Part shown: positions 1-8,422 of the stretch, piece by piece
Layout: each line of letters starts with the position of its first letter
Position numbering within the stretch: the stretch's first letter is position 1
From: Candidatus Adlerbacteria bacterium
Lineage (GTDB): Bacteria; Patescibacteriota; Minisyncoccia; Phycocordibacterales; SBAW01
Reading direction: 5' to 3'
Assembly (NCBI GenBank): GCA_903915735.1
Contig: CAIWUA010000053.1
Span: 1 to 38,624 of the forward strand
Length of the DNA: 38,624 nt
The notes under the pieces: model-generated
What the model was told of the DNA's origin: nothing
Database searches by the model: none
What the model saw: the letters and a program-made list of their open reading frames with translations, nothing else
Translations under genes and position numbers: made by a program

Positions 1-33
1 CCAAAACTAGGACATCCGATGTCCTAGTTTTGG
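1..33. terminator. Perfect inverted-repeat hairpin (A4-stem-T4), probably a bidirectional intrinsic terminator for an off-window gene
   Basis: Positions 1-16 (ccaaaactaggacatc) are the exact reverse complement of 18-33 (gatgtcctagttttgg). A- and T-tracts flank the GC core. The window edge may truncate it. Confidence 0.45.
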
Positions 34-66
34 ACTGGGTGTGAAGAACTAAAGAAAAAGCGGGGG

Positions 67-72
67 TACAAT
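67..72 (+). promoter_or_regulatory. Candidate -10 box TACAAT, 6 nt upstream of the GTG start at 79
   Basis: tacaat at 67-72, then aagggt, then gtg. No TG extension, so it is weaker than the other boxes in this window. Confidence 0.25.
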
Positions 73-78
73 AAGGGT

Positions 79-732
79 GTGAACTTCATACACGGCATTT
101 TGGTCGGTATTGGGCTCTTTTTTGGCGCCCTCTGGTCCGGCACGCTCGGGCTTTTTCATGTGTCTGCTCCTACTTCGCAGTCTCAAAGTAGCTATACTAA
201 CGCTAGCACAACCATACAAACTGACGACAAAGATTTTACTTATACCAAAGATTCATATCATGTATATATGAATGGAAATATTCTCGCTGTAGATACGGGT
301 GGTCCAGCCTACGGACAGGAACCCGATGCCAGAACCTTTGTGTATGCTGGAGGCAAGGATGGCAGCTATTATTTTAAAGACAAAAATTATGCGTATTTCA
401 CCAACTGGCAGGAGTTTGCTGGTATGCCAAATGCAGACCCAGTCACATTTTCGACCAATTCTGATATTCTACCTTTCGCTAAAGACCAAACGCATGTTTT
501 TCTTGGAAGGGAGGTTGTCACGAATGCTGACCCGTCCACATTTGTTGTCGTCGATTCTCAATATACACATGATGCAAAAAACGTTTACTGGTTTGGATAC
601 AATGGGGGCCCTTTGATTTCAAAATTAATTAATGGAGCCGATGTTGCGACTTTTTCGGTTGTTTCCGGTCAGTCGTCTTACGACGCTCAAGACAAAAATC
701 ATAAATACCTGCAGGGGCAAATTGTGCAGTAG
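79..732 (+). CDS. Membrane-anchored DKNYY-repeat family protein
   Basis: 217-aa ORF with a GTG start. It has an N-terminal hydrophobic helix (GILVGIGLFFGALWSGTLGLF) and repeated KDKNYAYF / DAKNVYWF / DKNHKYLQG motifs separated by ADP(V/S)TF. The gene is visibly more AT-rich than its neighbours. Confidence 0.6.
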   Translation: MNFIHGILVGIGLFFGALWSGTLGLFHVSAPTSQSQSSYTNASTTIQTDDKDFTYTKDSYHVYMNGNILAVDTGGPAYGQEPDARTFVYAGGKDGSYYFKDKNYAYFTNWQEFAGMPNADPVTFSTNSDILPFAKDQTHVFLGREVVTNADPSTFVVVDSQYTHDAKNVYWFGYNGGPLISKLINGADVATFSVVSGQSSYDAQDKNHKYLQGQIVQ

Positions 733-746
733 GTCTCTTTACAAAA

Positions 747-755
747 TGGTATAAT
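747..755 (+). promoter_or_regulatory. Extended -10 promoter TGGTATAAT, 8 nt upstream of the ATG at 764 (leaderless or near-leaderless)
   Basis: tgg at 747-749 and tataat at 750-755, an 8-nt spacer (tacggtcg), then the ATG. No Shine-Dalgarno sequence fits in the gap. Confidence 0.45.
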
Positions 756-763
756 TACGGTCG

Positions 764-2494
764 ATGGCGGAGGATCCTAATCAAATAACTTTCTTTGCCC
801 AGACCAACTCCCGCGGGAGCTCGATGCCTTTTGGTATTAAGCGCAAGGACCGCGCGCGGCACATGTATGTCATCGGCAAGACTGGCATGGGCAAGAGTAC
901 CTTGCTCGAGAACATGGCTATACAGGACATCCGCAACGGCGAGGGGATAGCCTTTATCGACCCGCACGGCTCGACCGCCGACCGGATCATGGAGTACGTG
1001 CCGGCGCACCGCGTCAAAGACGTGGTGTACTTTGCGCCGTTCGACATGGACCATCCGGTAGCGTTTAACGTGATGGAGGACGTCGGCTATGACAAGCGGC
1101 ACCTGGTGGTGTCGGGGCTCTTGTCGGCGTTTCGCAAAATTTGGGTCGACGCATGGAGCGCGCGCATGGAGTACATTTTGTCGAACACGCTTTTAGCACT
1201 GCTCGAGTATCCGGGCGCGACGCTGCTGGACGTCAATCGCATGCTCATCAACAAAGCCTTTCGCAAAAAGGTGGTCGACAACGTCAAAGACCCGTTGGTC
1301 AAGAGCTTTTGGGTCGACGAGTTTGCCAACTACACCGACCGCTATACTCAAGACGCGACGCCCGCTATCCAAAACAAAGTAGGGCAGTTTACCTCTAACC
1401 CACTGATCCGCAACATCGTCGGGCAGCCCAAATCATCTTTTGACATCCGCAAGCTGATGGATGAGAAAAAGATTTTGATCATGAACCTCAGTAAGGGCCG
1501 CGTGGGCGAGGTCAACGCGACGCTGCTCGGCTCGATGCTGGTCACTAAAATATATTTGGCCGCGATGTCGCGCGCCGATGTGCCTTTGGAAGTGATGAAC
1601 AAGCTGCCCAACTTTTATTTTTACGTCGATGAGTTTCAAAACTTTGCCAACGAGAGCTTCTCTGACATCCTCTCCGAGGCGCGCAAATACAAACTCAACC
1701 TGCTTATTGCGCACCAATACGTCGAGCAGATGGAGGAGGAGGTGCGCGACGCGGTGTTTGGCAACGTGGGCACGACGGTCGCGTTTCGGGTCGGGCCGTT
1801 TGATGCCGAAGTGCTCGAAACTATTTTTAACCCGCAGTTTACCGCGACCGACTTGGTCAACCTTGGGTTTGCGCAGGTGTACCTGACGCTCATGATAGAC
1901 GGCGTCGGATCGCCGCCCTTTAGTGCGACCACACTGCCGCCGTTTGACCCGCCGCCCGAGCGGTTTGTCCCGCAGGTGCTCGAGGCGTCGCGCGCCGCCT
2001 ATGGCAAGCCACGCGCGCAGGTAGAGACGGCGATAGACGAGTGGAATAAGCTCGAGACGTTTGTGCCCGAGACAAAGCCTAAAAAAGATTATAGGCCGGC
2101 ACCTAAAGCTGCTTCTGCACCTGTGTCTGCGCCCGCTCATCCCGTCCACCATCCAACCCCCGAGGTTAAAAAAGAGGTAGCGGTTTTACACAAAGCCGCG
2201 GCAGCCCCGGCAGCGCCTGTGACTCGGCAACCTGCGCCGGCAACATACTCGCAGCCGGTTAAACCCCCACTCGGCGGGGCTAAAAGCTTGCGCGAGGCCT
2301 TGCAGATGGCCACCGGTACCAAAACGCCGCCCCATGCCAAAGACTTAAAAGAGACGCTCGGTCGCCTCGCCCCCGAGGCAGCTAAGCCCAAGCCGGAGCA
2401 TGCGCCGGCACTCAAACATCCTCAACCGCCAGAGCTCAGCCAAGAAAAGCTGCGCGAGATGCTGGCAGTCGAGCCGCTTGATGATGCTACGTAA
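764..2494 (+). CDS. Soluble VirD4/TraG/TraD-like type IV coupling-protein family ATPase with a disordered Pro/Ala/Lys-rich C-terminal tail
   Basis: 576-aa ORF. Walker A GKTGMGKST, a Walker-B-like strand FYFYVDEFQNF, and ARKYKLNLLIAHQY typical of T4CP/FtsK-HerA ATPases. No N-terminal TM helix. About 140 aa of low-complexity tail. Confidence 0.7.
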   Translation: MAEDPNQITFFAQTNSRGSSMPFGIKRKDRARHMYVIGKTGMGKSTLLENMAIQDIRNGEGIAFIDPHGSTADRIMEYVPAHRVKDVVYFAPFDMDHPVAFNVMEDVGYDKRHLVVSGLLSAFRKIWVDAWSARMEYILSNTLLALLEYPGATLLDVNRMLINKAFRKKVVDNVKDPLVKSFWVDEFANYTDRYTQDATPAIQNKVGQFTSNPLIRNIVGQPKSSFDIRKLMDEKKILIMNLSKGRVGEVNATLLGSMLVTKIYLAAMSRADVPLEVMNKLPNFYFYVDEFQNFANESFSDILSEARKYKLNLLIAHQYVEQMEEEVRDAVFGNVGTTVAFRVGPFDAEVLETIFNPQFTATDLVNLGFAQVYLTLMIDGVGSPPFSATTLPPFDPPPERFVPQVLEASRAAYGKPRAQVETAIDEWNKLETFVPETKPKKDYRPAPKAASAPVSAPAHPVHHPTPEVKKEVAVLHKAAAAPAAPVTRQPAPATYSQPVKPPLGGAKSLREALQMATGTKTPPHAKDLKETLGRLAPEAAKPKPEHAPALKHPQPPELSQEKLREMLAVEPLDDAT

Positions 2495-3632
2495 TTACTT
2501 TTTACTTTTCATTTTCTTGCTCGTAGTACCGGCGCCGCTGCTTGCCGCGGATTTGGTTAATATCAACACGGCCGATAAGGCTACCCTGATGACCCTGACC
2601 GGTCTTGGCGGCACGGGGGTAAAGGCTCAGGCGGTTATCGACTACCGGACCCAAAACGGGCCGTTTCAAAAAATAGAGGACATTATGAATGTGAGTGGCA
2701 TAGGCCAGGCGACCTTTAACGGTTTTAAAGATCGCATTACGGTCGGTGACGCAGCGCAAACTCAAACACAAACCCAGCCACAGACGCAGGCGACCAGCAC
2801 ACCCACGCAGACACAGGTTGCTGTGTCGCTCGGCGGCGTGGGGCCGCCGCCGATAACCGCGCAAATAACCGCCGACACGGTGACAGCTGCGGGGGCGGGG
2901 ACCTACTTTGCCGGCGAAGTGTTTGGCACCAAAGGCGAACCGCTGTCGGGCGCGCGCTATATTTGGAACTTTGGCGACGGCGCGACCGCCGAGGGGGTGC
3001 ATCAAATGCACACCTATGTGTACCCCGGCAGTTATGATGTTGAGTTGTCGGTTGGCTACAACTACTCGAGCGCTACGGCACGGGTATTGGTTGTCGCTAA
3101 GGCGCCACAGGTCGCACTCGTGTTGCAGGCCGATAACTCACTCTTGGTCGTCAACAACTCTACACAAGATTTGTCGCTGGGAGAGTGGTCGCTCGAAAGT
3201 GGTCATAACACTTTTGTTATTCCGCCGGACACGCTCGTACATGCGCAAGGTGGTGTGCGCTTTGCGCCTTTAATTATGGGGTTTGCCGCGCAGCGCGGTG
3301 CACTCCTACGCTTCCCTAACAACACCACGGCAGCGACCTCGACACTCGCTAACGACTCGCCGCTCCATGGAGAGCAGGTTGCTTTATCTACGCCACCAAC
3401 AGACAAGACTCCCGTGCCGATGGCCAAAGCTCCGGTAGCCAAGATAACCGCCGCTAAAACCATCGATCAAGCTGCGGCCGTTGTTGCAACCCCCGTATCG
3501 CGCGAGGTGGGGTGGAGCTATGTTGTCGGCCTCGCCGCTATCATTGCGCTCGGGGTCGTCGGGACCTACTATGCATATACCAAACCAAAGACGGTAACCG
3601 AGGCCGCCGTCGACGAGTTTGATATTGAATGA
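2481..3632 (+). CDS. comEA: ComEA-type helix-hairpin-helix DNA-binding protein fused to a TQ linker, a PKD domain, a lamin-tail-like domain and a C-terminal TM anchor
   Basis: The ATG at 2481 gives the signal peptide MMLRNYFLLFIFLLVVPAPLLA. HhH region: NINTADKATLMTLTGLGGTGVKAQAVIDYRTQNGPFQKIEDIMNVSGIG. PKD-like: YIWNFGDGATAEGVHQMHTYVYPGSYDVELSV. LTD-like: VVNNSTQDLSLGEWSL. C-terminal TM: VVGLAAIIALGVVGTYYAY. The gene overlaps the upstream gene by 14 nt. Confidence 0.75.
   Translation: MMLRNYFLLFIFLLVVPAPLLAADLVNINTADKATLMTLTGLGGTGVKAQAVIDYRTQNGPFQKIEDIMNVSGIGQATFNGFKDRITVGDAAQTQTQTQPQTQATSTPTQTQVAVSLGGVGPPPITAQITADTVTAAGAGTYFAGEVFGTKGEPLSGARYIWNFGDGATAEGVHQMHTYVYPGSYDVELSVGYNYSSATARVLVVAKAPQVALVLQADNSLLVVNNSTQDLSLGEWSLESGHNTFVIPPDTLVHAQGGVRFAPLIMGFAAQRGALLRFPNNTTAATSTLANDSPLHGEQVALSTPPTDKTPVPMAKAPVAKITAAKTIDQAAAVVATPVSREVGWSYVVGLAAIIALGVVGTYYAYTKPKTVTEAAVDEFDIE
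2755..2817 (+). repeat. CA-rich imperfect repeat coding a Thr/Gln linker (QTQTQTQPQTQATSTPTQTQ)
   Basis: caaactcaaacacaaacccagccacagacgcag...cagacacag, read directly. It lies in frame inside the ComEA-like CDS. Confidence 0.7.
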
Positions 3633-4735
3633 CCAAAAGAATACTTATTTTTAGCCTGGCATACTACCCGCGGGTGGGCGGGGCCGAGGTGGCTATTAAA
3701 GAGATTACCGACCGCATTGCGCCGAGCGATATCGAATTTCATATGGTGACGCTGCGGTTTTCGCCAGCAGATGCGCCGGAGGAAAAAATCGGGAATGTAT
3801 TGGTACATCGGGTCGGGTGGGGAGGCTCGTATCTGGATAAAATATTATTTGTACCGCGCGCGGCGTTGGCTGCCCGCCGTCTGCATAAAAAAGAAACGTT
3901 CGACGGCGCGTGGGCCATGATGAGTTATATGCTCTTTCCGCTTGTGCTTGCCAATCTTAAAATACCCTACGCGCTTACCTTGCAAGAAGGGGATACCGAA
4001 GAGCATATGTTTGCACGGGTGCGGGTGCTGCCTTTTTTGTTTTTGTTGCGGCGGGGGTTTCGTAATGCGACTGCGGTTTCGGCACTCTCTATTTTTTTGG
4101 CCGAGTGGGCCAAGCGCATGGGATACCGCGGCAAGGTTGAGATAGTGCCCAACGGCGCTGATACCCAAAAATTTTCAGGACCAAAAATAGCACACGAGGG
4201 CGTGGTGCTTGTTACCTCATCGCGGCTCGTTTATAAAAACGCGGTAGACGACGTGTTGCGCGCGGTGGCGTTGGTCCCGGGGGCCCGGTTTATAATTGCG
4301 GGCGAAGGGCCCGAGGAGGCAAAACTCAAAGCACTTGCGCACGAACTTGGAGTTGAAAGTCGCGTCGAATGGCTTGGGTATGTCGACCATACGCGGTTGG
4401 CCACGCTACTACACAGCGCGGATATCTATGTCCGGCCAAGTCGGAGCGAAGGTTTTGGTGCCTCATTTGTCGAGGCAATGGCGGCGGAGATCCCTATCAT
4501 TACGACACAAGAAGGGGGGCTTAAAGACTACATTACGCCTGAGGTTGCCTGGCCGGTAGCCAAAGACAGCCCCGAGCAAATTGCCTTGCAGGTTAAGGCT
4601 ATTTTGAGTAACCCCGAGGCCACTAAAGTAGTTGTAGAGAGGGCACGGCAGTTGGCCGTACAAAAATACGATTGGAGCTTGATTGCGCGCGACATGCGGG
4701 ATAAAGTGTTTGCCCGCCTTTTTCATGGAGTATAA
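3629..4735 (+). CDS. GT-B fold glycosyltransferase (GT4-like)
   Basis: 368 aa. E-x7-E region RPSRSEGFGASFVEAMAAEIPIITT. ATGA overlap with the ComEA-like stop. Confidence 0.8.
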   Translation: MTKRILIFSLAYYPRVGGAEVAIKEITDRIAPSDIEFHMVTLRFSPADAPEEKIGNVLVHRVGWGGSYLDKILFVPRAALAARRLHKKETFDGAWAMMSYMLFPLVLANLKIPYALTLQEGDTEEHMFARVRVLPFLFLLRRGFRNATAVSALSIFLAEWAKRMGYRGKVEIVPNGADTQKFSGPKIAHEGVVLVTSSRLVYKNAVDDVLRAVALVPGARFIIAGEGPEEAKLKALAHELGVESRVEWLGYVDHTRLATLLHSADIYVRPSRSEGFGASFVEAMAAEIPIITTQEGGLKDYITPEVAWPVAKDSPEQIALQVKAILSNPEATKVVVERARQLAVQKYDWSLIARDMRDKVFARLFHGV

Positions 4736-5726
4736 AAAAAAGATTTTAATAGCGACCGGGCTGTATCCGCCAGAGAGCGGCGGGCCGGCCACCTACACCA
4801 AACTTTTAGAGGAGCGTCTGCCGATGCTTGGGTTTGATGTTATGGTGCTGCCGTTTAGTGCGGTGCGGCACTTGCCTAAAGGAGTGCGGCACGTAGTCTA
4901 TTTTTTTCTTTGTGTTGGGTATGCGATGATGTGCGACTTGGTGTATGCGCAAGACACCGTGAGCGTCGGCCTGCCGGCTGTCTTGGCGGCAAAGGTCGCG
5001 GGGAAAAAGTTTGTAGTGCGTGTGCCCGGCGACTATGCCTGGGAGCAGGGGCGGCAGCGCTTTGGGGTGAGCGACGAGCTCGACGAGTTTCAAACTAAAA
5101 AATATGGTCTCAAGGTCGAGCGCTTGCGCCGCCTGCAGCGCTTTGTGGTGCGCAGCGCCAAAGCCGTCGTGGTACCGAGTAAGTATATGCAAAGAGTAGT
5201 GTCGGGGTGGGGAGTAAAACCAGTTCTTCATTACAACGGGATAGATGTCCCGATTGCTTTTGAAGAACCGCACCGCCCCTCTGGTTTTTTGATTGTATCT
5301 TTTGGTCGTGATGTGCCATGGAAAGGTTTCGATGCATTGCGTCGTATCGCACAAAAAGAACCGTCTTGGCACCTCAAAATTTTTAGCGAGCTTCCACGGG
5401 TGCAGGCTATGGGCTGGCTTAAGGCGGCGGATGTTTTTGTGATAAATTCTTGGTACGAAGGCCTCTCGCATCAGCTGCTTGAGGCAATGGCGCTCGGCAC
5501 ACCAATTGTCGCAACCAACGTGGGCGGTAATCCAGAGTTGGTTGACGACGGGAGCGGTGTCCTTATTGCACCCGGAGATGATGCAGCACTTTATAACGCA
5601 CTAAAAAAGATAGCGGCAGATCCTGTGGGCGCACGTTCGCGCGCGCAAAACGCTCGACATGTAGTAGAGGCTTTTTCAATCACCCATACGCTCCCCAAAC
5701 TTGCCGAATTTTTGAAAACACTATGA
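4725..5726 (+). CDS. GT-B fold glycosyltransferase (GT4-like)
   Basis: ATG at 4725 (MEYKKKILIATGLYPPESGG) is preferred over the in-frame start at 4683. C-terminal motif NSWYEGLSHQLLEAMALGTPIVATNVGGNPE. Confidence 0.75.
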   Translation: MEYKKKILIATGLYPPESGGPATYTKLLEERLPMLGFDVMVLPFSAVRHLPKGVRHVVYFFLCVGYAMMCDLVYAQDTVSVGLPAVLAAKVAGKKFVVRVPGDYAWEQGRQRFGVSDELDEFQTKKYGLKVERLRRLQRFVVRSAKAVVVPSKYMQRVVSGWGVKPVLHYNGIDVPIAFEEPHRPSGFLIVSFGRDVPWKGFDALRRIAQKEPSWHLKIFSELPRVQAMGWLKAADVFVINSWYEGLSHQLLEAMALGTPIVATNVGGNPELVDDGSGVLIAPGDDAALYNALKKIAADPVGARSRAQNARHVVEAFSITHTLPKLAEFLKTL

Positions 5727-6595
5727 AAGTCCTAATGATCACTGGCGACAAAAAGGTTGCGACAAGCGCGCGTTTTGCCCTGCAGGCCGCGCAGGTAGAT
5801 AAGCTTGCCGTGGTGTATTGGGGGCGGGGAGCACTGTGGCCAGCCATGCCACAGGAGCATTTTGATGTGGTGACGGTCCAAGACCCCTTTTGGCGCGGGC
5901 TGTTTGCGTGGCGGGTGGCGCGTCGCATGGGCGCAAAATTTAATGTGCAGGTGCACACCAGTGTTTTGACTATGCTTGGCAAATTTATTTTGCGCCGGGC
6001 AGACTCAATACGTGTCGTGTCCGAAAAGATAAAAAAGCAGGTTGAGGCTATTGGTGTGCGCACGCCAATAACCGTGTTGCCTATCTATGTAGATATTTCT
6101 AAATTTCAGAATATAGTCCGGCAACCACACAGTAAAAAAATAATCCTGTGGATAGGCCGGTTTGAGTGGGAGAAGGACCCCATTTTTGCAATACATATTA
6201 TAAAAAATGTAATTGATGCAGGAGTCGATGCCCGGTTGGTCATGCTCGGGTCGGGTACTCTGGAGCCCACCATACAAAAACTCGCGCAGGATTTGCCTGT
6301 AGAGTTTGCGGGTTGGCAAGACCCGGTGCCCTACTTGGAGCAGGCCGACATGGTGCTCTCAACCTCTCTGCATGAAGGGTACGGTGCCAGCATGGTCGAA
6401 GCGCTCGCAGCTGGGGTGCCGGTGGTCGCGCCCGATGTTGGCATTGCCCGCGAGGCCGGGGCCATAGTCGCGCCGCGCTTACAACTTGCGCAGGCTACAA
6501 TAGATACGCTACGCTCAGGGGCTGTGGGTACTTTGCGGCTTGCGGTGCCCTCGAGACAAGAGTGGGCAGAAAAATGGAAACAATCACTTCAATAA
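5723..6595 (+). CDS. Short GT-B glycosyltransferase (GT4-like)
   Basis: 290 aa. STSLHEGYGASMVEALAAGVPVVAPDVG. ATGA overlap with the upstream stop. Confidence 0.7.
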   Translation: MKVLMITGDKKVATSARFALQAAQVDKLAVVYWGRGALWPAMPQEHFDVVTVQDPFWRGLFAWRVARRMGAKFNVQVHTSVLTMLGKFILRRADSIRVVSEKIKKQVEAIGVRTPITVLPIYVDISKFQNIVRQPHSKKIILWIGRFEWEKDPIFAIHIIKNVIDAGVDARLVMLGSGTLEPTIQKLAQDLPVEFAGWQDPVPYLEQADMVLSTSLHEGYGASMVEALAAGVPVVAPDVGIAREAGAIVAPRLQLAQATIDTLRSGAVGTLRLAVPSRQEWAEKWKQSLQ

Positions 6596-6596
6596 T

Positions 6597-7439
6597 ATGG
6601 ACAAACCTCTAATAGGATTTATAGGGCAAGGCTGGATAGGCAAAAACTATGCCGACGATTTTGAAAGGCGCGGGTTTGAGACCGTGCGTTACGCGCTCGA
6701 GCCACAGTATGTTGGCAACAAAGAAAAAATTAAAGAGTGCGACATGGTGTTTATTGCCGTGCCGACACCGACGACACCTGCAGGATTTGACCCGAGCATT
6801 GTCGAGGGTGCCCTAACGCTCGTTGGGGCGGGGAAGATAGCGGTGCTTAAGTCGACCATTTTGCCCGGCACGACCGCTCGCCTGCAGGAAAAATATCCGC
6901 ACGCGGTCTTGTTGTACTCGCCGGAGTTTTTAAGCGAGGCAACCGCCGCACATGATGCGGCTAACCCGTTCTCTAACATTGTGGGGGTTTCTTGCAACGA
7001 CGCAGCTCATCAAGAGGCCGCGCAAAAAGTGCTCGAGGTATTGCCGCCTGCGCCGTTTGTGCAGGTGTGTACCTCGACCGAGGCGGAGATTATAAAGTAC
7101 TCGCACAACCTTAATGGGTACTTTCAAATTATGCTGGCCAACGTATTGTATGATGCCGCGCAGCAGTTGGGGGTCGACTGGGAGTCGGTGCGCACGGCAC
7201 TCGACCACGACCCTTTGGTGGCCAACCGCTACGGCCGACCGGTGCACAAAAGCGGCCGCGGCGCGGGCGGTGGCTGCTTTATTAAAGACTTTGCCGCCTT
7301 TCGTGAGCTATATACAAAACTCATGCCCAACGACGCCAAAGGCTTGGCGATGCTTGCCGCATTAGAGCAAAAAAATATCGAGTTACTTACAGAGAGCGGC
7401 AAAGACCTCGACCTCTTGCGCGGCGTGTACGGCAAATAA
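6597..7439 (+). CDS. UDP-glucose/GDP-mannose dehydrogenase family protein lacking the C-terminal UDP-binding domain
   Basis: ATG at 6597 (MDKPLIGFIGQGWIGKN is a Rossmann motif). The central domain carries a catalytic-Cys-like motif GGGCFIKD. It is only 280 aa, and the next gene starts 2 nt after its stop. Confidence 0.6.
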   Translation: MDKPLIGFIGQGWIGKNYADDFERRGFETVRYALEPQYVGNKEKIKECDMVFIAVPTPTTPAGFDPSIVEGALTLVGAGKIAVLKSTILPGTTARLQEKYPHAVLLYSPEFLSEATAAHDAANPFSNIVGVSCNDAAHQEAAQKVLEVLPPAPFVQVCTSTEAEIIKYSHNLNGYFQIMLANVLYDAAQQLGVDWESVRTALDHDPLVANRYGRPVHKSGRGAGGGCFIKDFAAFRELYTKLMPNDAKGLAMLAALEQKNIELLTESGKDLDLLRGVYGK

Positions 7440-7441
7440 GT

Positions 7442-8422
7442 ATGCGGTTGTTAGTTATTACACAGGCGGTTGATACTACCGACCAAGCGCTTGGGTTTTT
7501 TCATCGATGGCTCGAAGTTATTTCAGAAAAGTTTGATGAGATAGAGGTAGTGTGTCTAAAAGAAGGAACACACGCTTTGCCTAAAAATGTTTCGGTATAC
7601 GCGCTCGGCAAGCCTGCCTCAAAATTTAAATATATTTTTTATTTTTATAAATATATTTTTTCTCTCCGATACGACGCGGTGTTTGTACATATGAACGAGG
7701 AATATGTGTTGCTTGGCGGCTGGTGGTGGCGCTTGGTGGGTAAAAAAGTGGTGCTATGGCGCAATCACAAAATGGGTTCGTGGCGCACGCGCCTTGCCGC
7801 GCGTGTGGCCTCGGTGGTTTGCTACACGTCGCCTGACGCGTTTGTGGCTCGGTATAAAAAGTCGGTGCAGATGCCGGTGGGGATCGATACGGAGTTTTTT
7901 ATGCCCCCACCCGTACCTGCAGCAGACACCATTTTATTTTTAGGTAGGATTGACCCGGTTAAAAAAGTCGAGGTCTTTGTAGAGGCACTCGGCAAAATTT
8001 CGTCGCCGTTTAAAGTTGATATATACGGCAGTCCGACCGACCCACACTCCGCCTACGCCAAAGCGCTTGCCGCTAAAGTTGCCATACGTCCCGGTGTCCC
8101 GCATGCACAAACCCGCGAGCTCTACCAGTCGCACGCCCTGTACGTTAACCTGACGCCGTCGGGCAGCTTTGATAAGACGATAGGCGAGGCGATGGCGAGC
8201 GGCTGCCTCGTCGTGTGTGCTAACGAGGCTTTGCGCGGTGTGCTGCCGGACGCCCTGCTGTGCCAAGACACCGCAGACTCGGCGGCCAAGGCCATTGAGC
8301 ACGCGCTTGCCATGAGCGCCGCCGAACGGGAGTCGGTAGTAAAAGGCCTACGCACCTATGTAGAACAAGAGCATTCACTGCGATTGCTTGCCGACCGGTT
8401 GCCGGCCATACTGACACAATAA
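7442..8422 (+). CDS. Glycosyltransferase (GT-B, GT1/GT4-like)
   Basis: 326 aa. N-terminus MRLLVITQAVDTTDQALGFFHRW and C-terminal LTPSGSFDKTIGEAMASGCLVVCAN. The 5' third is AT-rich. Confidence 0.6.
   Translation: MRLLVITQAVDTTDQALGFFHRWLEVISEKFDEIEVVCLKEGTHALPKNVSVYALGKPASKFKYIFYFYKYIFSLRYDAVFVHMNEEYVLLGGWWWRLVGKKVVLWRNHKMGSWRTRLAARVASVVCYTSPDAFVARYKKSVQMPVGIDTEFFMPPPVPAADTILFLGRIDPVKKVEVFVEALGKISSPFKVDIYGSPTDPHSAYAKALAAKVAIRPGVPHAQTRELYQSHALYVNLTPSGSFDKTIGEAMASGCLVVCANEALRGVLPDALLCQDTADSAAKAIEHALAMSAAERESVVKGLRTYVEQEHSLRLLADRLPAILTQ

Noticed and set aside
299-616. A 105-aa ORF in an alternative frame inside the DKNYY gene.
   Set aside because: It is fully nested in a gene with clear repeat-family motifs, and its translation has no features.
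2400-2480. N-terminal extensions suggested by the ORF track: starts at 2400, 4683, 6540, 9625, 10889, 12534, 18195, 19361, 21095, 26318 and 31531.
   Set aside because: The extensions overlap the preceding gene's coding region or repeat/promoter sequence, and several begin at TTG. Internal ATGs give canonical N-termini (signal peptide, Rossmann or GT-B starts) and typical ATGA/short-overlap coupling or the -10-box spacing.
2755-2817. The CA-rich TQ-coding repeat read as a phase-variable simple-sequence repeat.
   Set aside because: The repeat is imperfect (caa act caa aca caa acc cag cca cag acg...) and in multiples of three, so slippage would not shift the frame. It is more likely just a flexible, possibly O-glycosylated linker.
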